A stretch of 64,000 bases of DNA from an uncultured Myxococcales bacterium. Lineage in GTDB: Bacteria; Myxococcota_A; UBA9042. Position 1 is the first letter of the stretch; the number at the start of each line of letters is the position of its first letter. Where the stretch lies: positions 22,859 through 86,858 of the forward strand of contig CAISBR010000168.1 of the NCBI GenBank assembly GCA_903883645.1. The letters are read 5' to 3'. This document shows positions 14,446 to 23,212 of this stretch, piece after piece. Below the pieces are notes generated by a model, which saw only the letters and a list, made by a program, of their open reading frames with translations, had not been told where the DNA came from and made no database searches. Position numbers and translations under genes: made by a program.

Positions 14446-16551
14446 ATGGCAGTTACGCAAAAAGCACCAAGCAAGTCGAGCACCTGGCTGCCGATCGCCG
14501 CCCTAGCGCTCGGCCTAAGCGTGTTCTTTGCCGGCTATCGTCTGCGGCTGGGCTGGCTTCTCTACGCCGACCCCGAGATGCAGGCGCCCTACCCGCTGGG
14601 CGTAGCGATGGCAGGAGGGTGGCAAGATGCCGCAGTGATTGCAGGTTTTGCGGTGCTGATGCTTGTGGTGGCCTGGCCGCTGCGGCGCTGGCTGCCCTGG
14701 CCGTGGCTGCGGTTGCTGCTGGGGGGCCTTGGCCTGCTGCCGCTGCTCGTGGCGCTGGGTTCGAACTGCCAAACGCACTTGCGCAGCATCCGGGCGCTGC
14801 ATTGCGGCCTCAACTGGGGCCTGCTGCAAGAGACGTTTGATTCTGGCGAGTTGTCAGCCGTGCTAACTCAGGCGGGCTGGGTCGATGTCGCGGCGACGTT
14901 GGCGCCCGTGCTGCTAGTGGCGCTGGCGTGGCAGGTGCTGCGCGGGCGCAATTCGCGTTGGCTGGCGATGAGTTTGACCCTGCCGCTGCTGTGGGCGGGG
15001 GCATCGCTGGGGCTGTCGCATCCCTGCCCGGCGGACCAGCCGGCGGAGCTGAGCGACTCGCCGCTCGCCTACACTGTTGGCGACATGGCTATGCATCTGC
15101 CCGAAATAGCTAAGAAATTACGGCACGGGGGCCAACAGCCTCGCCGCACTGCGAGCGCGGTGCAACATGCCTCTGGTAACGGCGATGCCAACCTCGCAGC
15201 GGCGGCGACGGCCGAAGTGGACGATGGCGGCGACGAAGATGAGGTGGCCGTTGCCGCGCCCGACGGTCTGCGTATGGTCGAGCTGCCCTATGCCGCAACG
15301 GCGACGATGGCCAAGCAACTGCCTGCGGCGAAAGCGAAAACCTGGAATATCGTCTGGGTCATCATGGAATCGACCGGGCGGCGCTACTTGCAGGGCGATA
15401 CCCCTAAAGGTCTGCAACCCATGCCTTTTTTGGCCGAGAACCTGGCCAAGCGCGGTTGGTGGCTGGCCAAGCACCGTTCGCCGTCGAATTCGAGCGCGAC
15501 GAGTATTTTTGCCCAGATGTCGGGCCTTTACCCGTCGCCATCGACGCGGATGTTCTCCGTGCAAAAAGAAAACTACGTGCCCACGCTGTTCAACTACTTG
15601 GGTGACAAGTACGAGCGGTTCTTGGTTACGCCGGGCAAGCTGAGTTTCTTCTTTCCGCGGGCCTTCTTGCAACATGGTGGCCTGGGCGAGTTGCATGGCT
15701 ACGACGAGCTAAAGAACCTCAAGACCGTGCAAAGCGAGAACTTTGTTCGCAACGAGATCGAGACCATGTCCTATTTTCTCGAGAGGTTGCGCAAGGCTAA
15801 GCCTCCCTTTGCCGCGGTCTATTACTCGTTTTCGCCGCACTGGGAGTATGTGGACTACGGCCCGCAGTACCATCGCTTTACCGGCGCGCGGCCCCTCGAT
15901 CGCTATCTTAATGCCTTGTATTTACTTGATACGCAGCTGCAGCGCCTCGTTGAGCAGCTCGAAAAAGACGGCGTGCTCGACTCGACCATCGTGGTCCTCG
16001 CGGGCGACCATGGCGAGGCGTTTGGCCAGCACGACAAGAATTGGGCGCACAGCCGCGCCAGTTTCGAAGAGAATTTCGGTACTCCGGGCCTGTTGCTGCA
16101 GTCGCAGCTGTTTCCGCCCAAAGTGATCGAGCGCGATACCCTGCACATCGACTTGCTGCCGACTGTGCTCGATGCGGTGGGGGTGGCGTACGACGACGCC
16201 CTGGTGCAAGGAGAGTCGCTGTTTCAAAGCGAATTGCGCCGTAAAGTTCAGTTCTTTTGGGGCAACGAGAACACTCTGTCGGGGATTTTCGACGGCCACC
16301 TGAAGGTGCAGTGGGCCGTGGGCGACAACCGCTGCTGGGCGTTTGAGCTGCAGACCGACCCGCGCGAAAAGACCAAGCTGAGCTGCGCTGACCATGCCAG
16401 TGAGCTTGAAGTGCTTAAAAAGTATAGGGATCGTCAGCGTGCGGCGATCAGCGCCTATAGTGCGGCGGTGCGCGAAGGCCAGCTGTATGGATCGCATCGG
16501 CCACCGGCGACGGCGGCGGCGGCTAAGCACGCGCAAGAAGGGGCGAATTAG
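14446..16551 (+). CDS. Membrane-anchored sulfatase-superfamily protein (LTA-synthase/phosphoethanolamine-transferase-like)
   Basis: About 5 N-terminal TM helices precede a periplasmic sulfatase-like domain (..WNIVWVIMESTGRRYL.. ..VVLAGDHGEAFGQHDKNWAHS..). The start is placed at the internal ATG 14446 (MAVTQKAPSK..); the longer ORF start adds Arg-rich junk. Confidence 0.75.
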   Translation: MAVTQKAPSKSSTWLPIAALALGLSVFFAGYRLRLGWLLYADPEMQAPYPLGVAMAGGWQDAAVIAGFAVLMLVVAWPLRRWLPWPWLRLLLGGLGLLPLLVALGSNCQTHLRSIRALHCGLNWGLLQETFDSGELSAVLTQAGWVDVAATLAPVLLVALAWQVLRGRNSRWLAMSLTLPLLWAGASLGLSHPCPADQPAELSDSPLAYTVGDMAMHLPEIAKKLRHGGQQPRRTASAVQHASGNGDANLAAAATAEVDDGGDEDEVAVAAPDGLRMVELPYAATATMAKQLPAAKAKTWNIVWVIMESTGRRYLQGDTPKGLQPMPFLAENLAKRGWWLAKHRSPSNSSATSIFAQMSGLYPSPSTRMFSVQKENYVPTLFNYLGDKYERFLVTPGKLSFFFPRAFLQHGGLGELHGYDELKNLKTVQSENFVRNEIETMSYFLERLRKAKPPFAAVYYSFSPHWEYVDYGPQYHRFTGARPLDRYLNALYLLDTQLQRLVEQLEKDGVLDSTIVVLAGDHGEAFGQHDKNWAHSRASFEENFGTPGLLLQSQLFPPKVIERDTLHIDLLPTVLDAVGVAYDDALVQGESLFQSELRRKVQFFWGNENTLSGIFDGHLKVQWAVGDNRCWAFELQTDPREKTKLSCADHASELEVLKKYRDRQRAAISAYSAAVREGQLYGSHRPPATAAAAKHAQEGAN

Positions 16552-16630
16552 CCTAGAGTCACACTCGCGCCCGAAACTCTGGATACCAGACGGGACCTAC
16601 GTCGCCGGGATCTACGTTGCGGCGCGGCGC

Positions 16631-17347
16631 TTACTTCAGCTCGGCGCCGCCCTTTTGAGCGAAGCGCACCGCGTCTTGGATGAGTAGCACCAAGAAGTTG
16701 TTGAAGAAGTCTGCCTGGTTCAGACCCGCTTCGCAGACCAGCGTCGAGTCGAGCAAGAAGAAGGGCGCGTCGCCGGGCTGCATCAGGCTGACCTTATTCA
16801 AGAAGTGCTCGTTATTCCAGTTGTTCGAGAAGATGAGCGCGCGCGCCAGACCCGAGTCGCCAGCCGGCAGGGGCAGCTGCAGTGGCACCACCGCCTGGAT
16901 GGCCCACACGTTGCTGGTGCTCGGCTTCACCTTCGGAATCAGAATGATATTAAAGTTCACGCCCTGGGCGTCGTCGCGGAACGGCACAATGATGCGGCCC
17001 TGCTCGTCGGCGACGTGCTTGATACTCAGCGCAGTAAACCACTGAATAATCGCCTCTTTCGACGGGGCCACGGTCGGCGTCTCGCCGCGCTTCTTCTTGT
17101 ACTCGATCGCCGCCGGCGCTGCGCCCGTCTCGACCTTCTGGGGCACTAGGCCGCTGAACGCTTTGTCGCCCGTGGTCACTTTGCCCACCGCTGCAGGCGC
17201 CGCTTTGGCAGGTTCTTTGGCGGGTTCGACCTTGGCCGGCTCTTTGGCAGCACCCTTGGCCGGGGCGCCCGCGAAAGCTGGCAGGGCGGCGAGCATAGTG
17301 GCGGCGGTGCAAGCGGCAATGAACACGTGATTACGAAGAATATTCAT
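16631..17347 (-). CDS. Secreted hypothetical protein with a KEPAK-type Ala/Pro/Lys repeat linker and a C-terminal YbjN-like(?) domain
   Basis: A signal peptide (MNILRNHVFIAACTAATMLAALPAFAGAP) is followed by AKEPAKVEPAKEPAKAAPA repeats and a ~150 aa globular C-terminal domain. A strong SD (AAGGAGA) precedes the ATG at 17347. Confidence 0.6.
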   Translation of the reverse strand: MNILRNHVFIAACTAATMLAALPAFAGAPAKGAAKEPAKVEPAKEPAKAAPAAVGKVTTGDKAFSGLVPQKVETGAAPAAIEYKKKRGETPTVAPSKEAIIQWFTALSIKHVADEQGRIIVPFRDDAQGVNFNIILIPKVKPSTSNVWAIQAVVPLQLPLPAGDSGLARALIFSNNWNNEHFLNKVSLMQPGDAPFFLLDSTLVCEAGLNQADFFNNFLVLLIQDAVRFAQKGGAELK

Positions 17348-17582
17348 AAGGTTCTCCTTGTCAGCGGTGGGCTATGATTCCCTTGTTGCTCGCCACGACA
17401 CTTCGTGGCCGGGCAGGCTGGGGTGCCGGCGCAGCGTTGTAGGCACGGGTGCGCGCGCTTGCCGCAGCCGTACTCGCTATCACCCCAGAGTCGCCGCCAC
17501 TGTAGCCGGCACAAGCGGAAAAGGCAACGCAAACCCGCTGCTGTTTGGCGACGCTGCTGGGCAACTCTATGTATATATAGGT

Positions 17583-20500
17583 CTATTTGACCCAAAGGGC
17601 GATGTTGTCGATTCCGAACGACTCGTCGCCGGCGTCTTGGTCAAGGGTGCTGCTGGCGCTGACGGTGACCGAAGTGCCGGTGTGGGCGCCGGAATAGGCT
17701 ACTCCCCACTCCTCGTCGGAATAGTTGTTGCTGCCGCACACGTTGTTGACCCCAAATAACAGCCAGTTGCCCGTGCCCTTCTTGGTCCACACGTTGTTGC
17801 CGTCGATTTGCACGACCCCAGTCTCGTTGTCCCACGAGTCGAGGCGAATATAGTTCATGCCGAGCTTCAAGTTGGTGTGCGGCGGCGACGCGACCTTCTT
17901 GCTGGTGACTGCGCCTTTGCCGAGCTGCCCCGCGCCGCCCAAGATGGCGCCGTAGCTACCGCAACCCTGCACGCTGCCGGCCGACCAGCCCGAGGGCGAG
18001 TTGTTGTCGAAGTTGTCGAAAATCAGCAGAGTCCAGCCGCCACCCTTCATGTCGCAGTAGTATTGCACGGCAGTCTGGCCGCCCGGTCCATCCACGTCGA
18101 GCCAGTAGGCACCGTCGCCGCTGGTGGGGTCTAAAGTCAGGATTTCTAAGCACGAAAGCGCGGGTGCTGCGGCCTGCGAGCCCTTCTTGGCGCAGCCCTT
18201 GCCCACGGGCACGAGTGGCGACGGGCACGAACAGGCGAAGGATCCTGGGCTGTTGACACACACCGACGTGGCCTCGCAACCCGATGTTCCCTTGGCACAT
18301 TCGTCGACATCGGCGCAGGTCGGCCCCTCGAAGCCGGCCTTGCAGGTGCAGGAAAATGACCCCGGCGTGTTCGCACATGTGGCGTTGGCGCTGCAGGTGG
18401 TGGGGGCAGCGCATTCGTCGATGTCGACGCAAGTTCCTGACTTTACTTGGTAGCCGCCGGGGCATGCTGTGCAGACGGCTTGGCCCTTCGCGTCGGCGCT
18501 GCAGACGTTGTTCGCGGGGCAGTTGGCGCTGCCGTCGGCGCACGTATCCGCAAAGACAGCGATGTTGTCGACGAACCAGCCGAGTTGTCCGGCGGCACAG
18601 GGGCCTGAAAAGCTTAGCTTTACTTGGAGTTGCTTGCCCGCCATGCCGGTAATCGGCATTTGCACGGCGGTCCAAGCGCTGCTCGTGGGTGCGGCAACGG
18701 TGCCGAGGGCGATCCATTCGCCGCCAGCGATGCGGGCTGCCACGGTGGCGCTGTGTTGCGGCGCCCAGCTGCCGGCGCTGTCGAAACGGATGGCCAGCGG
18801 CTTGCCGATAGCTAGCGCACCCGCGTCAAGCCATGGCGTAAGCGCCACTGCGTCGATGGTGGCCTGTCCGCTTCCGCAGCTCAAATCTTTGTTATTATTG
18901 ATGTTTAATGAGCACGTGCTGTCTGGAGTTAGGGCCGGCGCGTTGTCGAAGCCCCAGCGTACGGCGTCGGCGGCCAAGGCCCAGTCGCTGCGTTGCCACA
19001 GAGCCAGCGCGGTGGTGGCGTCGCAGGCCAGGTCGGTCGACCACGGTACCGGTACCACGCCGCAAACTTGGCTAGCTACAAGGTTATTTTGGCAGTCGCC
19101 GCTCGCTGCGTCGCAACTGTCGGTGGTGCAGGCAAAGCCGTCGTCGCAGCTTTTGGCGGTGGTGGTGCAGGCGCCCACGCTGCAACTATCGCCCAGAGTG
19201 CAGGGGTTGTTGTCGCTGCAAACGTCGGTAGTATTGCTATGTTTGCACCCTGTTGCCGGGTCGCAGCTGTCGGCGGTGCAGCTATTGCCGTCGTCGCAAC
19301 TGACCAAAGCGCCGCTGCAGGTGCCGCTGGCACACAGGTCGCCGCTGGTGCACAGGCTGCTGTCGCTGCACACGACACCCGAATTCTGCGGTAGCGGAGC
19401 ACACTTGCCGGTAGATGGCGCACAGGCGGCGACGGCGCAGACCGTGTCGTTCTTGGGGTCGCAGACTACCACGCTCGCGGGATTCACGGTGCAGACGGCC
19501 GGCACCTTGGCCTTGTTGCAATACAGCGTGCCGTTGCACAAGTTGCCGTCTTCTTTGGCGGTGCAGTCGCTGTCGCTGGCGCAGGGACAGATATCGACCG
19601 CGGTGGGTAGGCATACGCCCCCCTTGCAGGTGTCGCCGCCGGTGCAAGGGTCGCCGTCGTCGCAGCTGCCGCCATCGCTGGGCGTGTATACACATCCCTT
19701 TGTTTTTTCGCATGAATCGACGGTGCAGCCGTTTTTGTCGTCGCAGACCGTGGGCATCCCGGCGCAGTTGCCGTCGAGGCAGCCGTCGCTGACCGTGCAC
19801 GCGTTGGCATCGTCGCAGGTGGCAGCTTGCGGCAGGCCCACGCATTTGCCGGTGCTGCAGGCGTCGGCGGTGCAGGGGTTGCCGTCGTTGCAGGCGGCGC
19901 CTTCGTCGGTTTGGCCGTTGCAGTCGTCGTCTAAGCCGTTGCATGTCTCGGGTTGGGGCGTGGCGGCGCTGCAGTCGGTCAAGCCGTTTGCCCCGCAACT
20001 TCTTGTGCCGGCACAGGTTGCCGTGGTGCCGCTGGGTAGCGTGACCTCTACGAAGCAGGCAGTGCCCTTGCCGGCGGCGGCCTCGCTGCAGGTGCATTGG
20101 CCATTGCTGGGTACGCAGTAAGACGCTGAATTACCATCCGTTCCGGTGGTTTCGCTGCAAACCGCGCCGGTTGGGCATTGACTGTCACTTTTGCACGGTG
20201 TGGCGCAGAATAAGCCCTTGCCGGTGGCGCCCGGTAGACTGATGCACGCTGCCAAGGGCACAGCGACACTGGTGCATTCGCTAGCAAGTTCGCAGGGATC
20301 GCAGTAGGTCGGCCACTTGGCTGCGCAGACCGTCAAGTCGTCGTCGCTGGTGGTGGTGTCGGCCCCAGGCAGGGTGGCGCACGCGGTCCCGGTCGGGCAG
20401 GGTACGTCGGTGATGCAAGGGGCGGCGCAGGCCGGGCCAGTGCTGCTGGCGAGGCAAGCGCCCGAGGCACACTCGCTATCGCTGGCGCACTTGCAGCCCG

Positions 20501-20843
20501 GATCGCCTGGACATACCTGGGGTTTTGCGTCGAGGCTTGCGTCGCCGCTGTCCAGCGGTGTGGCCACATCGTCGGCCGTCTCGCCCACGCTGGCGTCGAG
20601 GTCGGTGCCATCGCTGCCGCCGCGACGCGTGCTGTCGAAATCGCCGCCGTCTCCCTCAATTTCGCTAACTGCGTCGCCGGTTGTGCCGTCTTGGCCCGGT
20701 ATACCGCTGTCGCCGCCGGCATCACCCGTGGTCACAAGTGAGGCCTGCTTAACCACGGCGTCGTCGCCGCAACCGCTGGCCAGTAGCAAAGAGGCCAGCA
20801 GGGCCCCTGTAGCCCGCGCAGCAAGGGGAAAGTCGGTTGCCAT
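17583..20843 (-). CDS. Large surface lipoprotein with Cys-rich (DUF4215-type) repeats, calcium-binding EGF-like domains and a C-terminal fibrinogen-related domain
   Basis: The lipobox is ..LLLASGCGDD. The cbEGF consensus appears in DIDECAAPTTCSANATCANTPGSFSCTCKAGFEGPTCADVDECAKG..CVNSPGSFACSC. The C-terminus ..VQYYCDMKGGGWTLLIFDNF.. matches the fibrinogen C-terminal hallmark YCDM..GGGWT. The start is taken at ATG 20843, which is preceded by GGAG. Confidence 0.8.
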   Translation of the reverse strand: MATDFPLAARATGALLASLLLASGCGDDAVVKQASLVTTGDAGGDSGIPGQDGTTGDAVSEIEGDGGDFDSTRRGGSDGTDLDASVGETADDVATPLDSGDASLDAKPQVCPGDPGCKCASDSECASGACLASSTGPACAAPCITDVPCPTGTACATLPGADTTTSDDDLTVCAAKWPTYCDPCELASECTSVAVPLAACISLPGATGKGLFCATPCKSDSQCPTGAVCSETTGTDGNSASYCVPSNGQCTCSEAAAGKGTACFVEVTLPSGTTATCAGTRSCGANGLTDCSAATPQPETCNGLDDDCNGQTDEGAACNDGNPCTADACSTGKCVGLPQAATCDDANACTVSDGCLDGNCAGMPTVCDDKNGCTVDSCEKTKGCVYTPSDGGSCDDGDPCTGGDTCKGGVCLPTAVDICPCASDSDCTAKEDGNLCNGTLYCNKAKVPAVCTVNPASVVVCDPKNDTVCAVAACAPSTGKCAPLPQNSGVVCSDSSLCTSGDLCASGTCSGALVSCDDGNSCTADSCDPATGCKHSNTTDVCSDNNPCTLGDSCSVGACTTTAKSCDDGFACTTDSCDAASGDCQNNLVASQVCGVVPVPWSTDLACDATTALALWQRSDWALAADAVRWGFDNAPALTPDSTCSLNINNNKDLSCGSGQATIDAVALTPWLDAGALAIGKPLAIRFDSAGSWAPQHSATVAARIAGGEWIALGTVAAPTSSAWTAVQMPITGMAGKQLQVKLSFSGPCAAGQLGWFVDNIAVFADTCADGSANCPANNVCSADAKGQAVCTACPGGYQVKSGTCVDIDECAAPTTCSANATCANTPGSFSCTCKAGFEGPTCADVDECAKGTSGCEATSVCVNSPGSFACSCPSPLVPVGKGCAKKGSQAAAPALSCLEILTLDPTSGDGAYWLDVDGPGGQTAVQYYCDMKGGGWTLLIFDNFDNNSPSGWSAGSVQGCGSYGAILGGAGQLGKGAVTSKKVASPPHTNLKLGMNYIRLDSWDNETGVVQIDGNNVWTKKGTGNWLLFGVNNVCGSNNYSDEEWGVAYSGAHTGTSVTVSASSTLDQDAGDESFGIDNIALWVK

Positions 20844-20928
20844 CGCTCCAGCTCCGGGCGGCCTGTGCCGCAGTCCTGACCATAGCGAGCCGTGTAGGCT
20901 GTCTGTCACGCGCCTGTCATCGCAGGCG

Positions 20929-21369
20929 TCAAGCGGGCATGGACTTGCGGCCAAGACCAAAGTTCTGGTGGTCCGCGAGCGCGCAGCGGTCTTGCACCAC
21001 GCCAATACCATTGCCCCGCAACGTATCGGCAAACGCATCGTGGCGAATACCGAGCTGTAGCCACACCCATGTCGGCCGCGGCTGCATCGCCAAGATCTCG
21101 GCCAGGTGGGGTTGCAGCAGATCTGCGCGGCGAAAGACGTCGACGATGTCGATCTTTACGCGACACTCACTTAGGTCGGCGCACACGACCTCGCCCCACC
21201 ACACTTCGCCCGCGCGCATCGGATTGACCGGAATGATGCGGTAGCCCATGCGGTGCAAGTAGGCGGGCACATAGTGCGAGGCCCGAGCGGGATCGTCGTG
21301 GGCGCCCAGTACCGCAATCGTATTGGCATTTTCAAGAATATAGCGCGGGTTTTCGCTGGGCATTGGCAT
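20929..21369 (-). CDS. CoA-binding domain protein (YccU/YneT-like)
   Basis: The sequence ..IAVLGAHDDPARASHYVPAYLHRMGYRIIPVNP.. matches a Rossmann-like CoA-binding fold. The gene starts 3 nt after the upstream HEAT-repeat gene stop. Confidence 0.8.
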   Translation of the reverse strand: MPMPSENPRYILENANTIAVLGAHDDPARASHYVPAYLHRMGYRIIPVNPMRAGEVWWGEVVCADLSECRVKIDIVDVFRRADLLQPHLAEILAMQPRPTWVWLQLGIRHDAFADTLRGNGIGVVQDRCALADHQNFGLGRKSMPA

Positions 21370-21372
21370 CGA

Positions 21373-22854
21373 CTAACTCCGGGCGGCGAGCCCGTCGGCC
21401 CAGTCTTTGGCGGCATTGCGCACGGCAAGCGCAGCGTCATTGGTCCACAAGTTGCGGGCTTGCTCGCTCCACGCCAAGGAATTCTGTTTTTGCAGGCGGT
21501 CGCTGGTGCGCGTCAGCGCCCGGATCCCTGCGGCGCGGACGCCATCGACCGGGTCCTTGAGCGCCGCCAGAAGCAGGTCGGCCGCATCGTCGAGCGTCTT
21601 GCCGCCAATCTCAGCCAGGGCCAGCGCCGCACCCTCGCGGATACCCGTGATGGACGCCCCAAGCGCCGGCCGCAACACCGCCCCAGCGTCGGACTCAAAC
21701 TGCACCAGCACATGCCGCGCACCATCTTGCACTGCCCCGCTCCGGTTACCCATTTGCGCCACCAACAGCGGCAGAACGCGCTTGCCTTGCCCCAGCACCG
21801 CCTGCCGCACCGCGTGGGCCACCGTGCGATCTTGGTCGTGCACCGACAGCAAAAGCTGCGCCACCACGTCTTCGAGCACGGCGTCGGGGCATTGCCGCAG
21901 TGCTGCCGCCGCCTCTATCCGCACCCGCGGGTCCGAATCGCGAACGGCTACGCCAGCTTGAAGCGCGGCCTCAGGGGTAATGGGCACCACGCTGGCCAGC
22001 GAGCGCCACGCATTGGCCCGCACCAGGGGCCGACCGTCGCGCGTCAAAGCAAGCAGCGCGGTCAGTTCGACCTGCTTGGCCACCTTCTTTAGCGCCGCCT
22101 CGTCGCCCAGCTGCACCGCAAAATCGTCGAGCGGCAGCGGCCGCGCTTCGGTCATCGATGGCGAGGTACTCCGCGAAATCATGGTCAACGCTTCGCGCGC
22201 CAGCTTGCGCACCGCAACGTCGCCATCGCGGCCCAGCGCAACAAAACTGCGGTGATACGGGGCCATGGTCGCGGCACCCAGGGTAAGCAGACCTGCCAGC
22301 GCATTGGCCCGCAGGCGCGGATCGCCGTCGCTCAGCAGACCCGCCAGGGCGTGTACCGCGGCGTCGCCCAAGGCCAAAAGCGGCGGCAGCACCAGCCGAT
22401 CGGCCGTCTCGGCGTCGGTGCGCAGGGCTCTGGTCAGGGCCGGCAGCGCCTTGGCACCAAATGTGGCCACAACCTTCTCGATTTCGGGGAGCAGCTTGCG
22501 GTCGGCCGCCGCAGCCGTGAGCAGCGCCCCAATCGTCTTGTCGATATCCGTCGCTGCCACCGTGCTTTGCACCGCCGCGGCCCGCACCGACGGACTCGCA
22601 TCGCGCAGCATCACCAGCACCAGCGACAGGTCGGGTTCGAGCAAGGCCCCTCGCAGCGCCACGATGCCCAGCGCATTGGCCCGCACAGCAACGCGACCAT
22701 CGCCAAGGGCGGCGCGCAACTGGTCCGGCGCAAGGGCCTTGCTTGCGGTGGTAAGCTCTTCGATCGACAGCAGATCACGGTCGAATCCCGTCACTGGCCA
22801 CAGGGTCGGCTCGCGCAACTCTGGGCGATTTTGTTGGGCTGGTGTCTTGCTCAT
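21373..22854 (-). CDS. HEAT-repeat (PBS-lyase-type) protein
   Basis: It carries repeated ..D(P/S)xVRxxAxxAL.. units (DASPSVRAAAVQ, DPRLRANALAGLL, DSDPRVRIEAAAALRQ). The start is placed at ATG 22854 (MSKTPAQQ..). The ORF-track extension to 23148 is Arg/Pro low-complexity and probably non-coding. Confidence 0.75.
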   Translation of the reverse strand: MSKTPAQQNRPELREPTLWPVTGFDRDLLSIEELTTASKALAPDQLRAALGDGRVAVRANALGIVALRGALLEPDLSLVLVMLRDASPSVRAAAVQSTVAATDIDKTIGALLTAAAADRKLLPEIEKVVATFGAKALPALTRALRTDAETADRLVLPPLLALGDAAVHALAGLLSDGDPRLRANALAGLLTLGAATMAPYHRSFVALGRDGDVAVRKLAREALTMISRSTSPSMTEARPLPLDDFAVQLGDEAALKKVAKQVELTALLALTRDGRPLVRANAWRSLASVVPITPEAALQAGVAVRDSDPRVRIEAAAALRQCPDAVLEDVVAQLLLSVHDQDRTVAHAVRQAVLGQGKRVLPLLVAQMGNRSGAVQDGARHVLVQFESDAGAVLRPALGASITGIREGAALALAEIGGKTLDDAADLLLAALKDPVDGVRAAGIRALTRTSDRLQKQNSLAWSEQARNLWTNDAALAVRNAAKDWADGLAARS

Positions 22855-23099
22855 CCATGGACCCCGCGCCGGCTGTGGGCGCTTGCACGACTGCAAAGGC
22901 CGGAGGTTGGTCGCGCCGTGCGGTGGCACAGTGCGGTTGACGGTCGCGCTGCGGGTGCCTATGCCCAGGGTGCGCGCCGCAATCCCGGTCTGGCGCTGAC
23001 TGTACACCAGAGCGCCATCGCGAGGCGAGTGGTCGACCAGCTCGCGCCAGACGGCGTGGCGCGCAGGCCCCAACTTGGGCAAAAACAGCGGCGGTCGGC

Positions 23100-23127
23100 T
23101 TGCTTGCGCGCTGTGGGATGCTACGAT
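23100..23127 (+). promoter_or_regulatory. Candidate sigma70-like promoter (TTGCTT-16-TACGAT) about 85 nt upstream of the GAF/HD-GYP gene
   Basis: Sequence reading only. The hexamers and 16-nt spacer lie in the 358-nt divergent intergenic region. Confidence 0.25.
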
Positions 23128-23212
23128 CTCGCCGGCGCGCGGTTGCAATTCCCACCTGCAAGCGCGTTGCGCGATCCGCCGATCCAGGCAGCGGCAGCCC
23201 AGTTAGGAACCC

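Noticed and set aside
16552-16630. Putative bidirectional terminator between convergent sulfatase-like and KEPAK-protein genes
   Set aside because: I found only weak, short GC stems (CGCCG..CGGCG) with no U-tract. The evidence is insufficient to call.
18469-20121. 550 aa plus-strand ORF opposite the cbEGF/FReD gene
   Set aside because: The product is Ser/Leu/Pro/Gln low-complexity with no motif. It is the antisense of a strongly Cys-codon-rich (TGC/TGT gives GCA/ACA) coding strand, a classic shadow frame.
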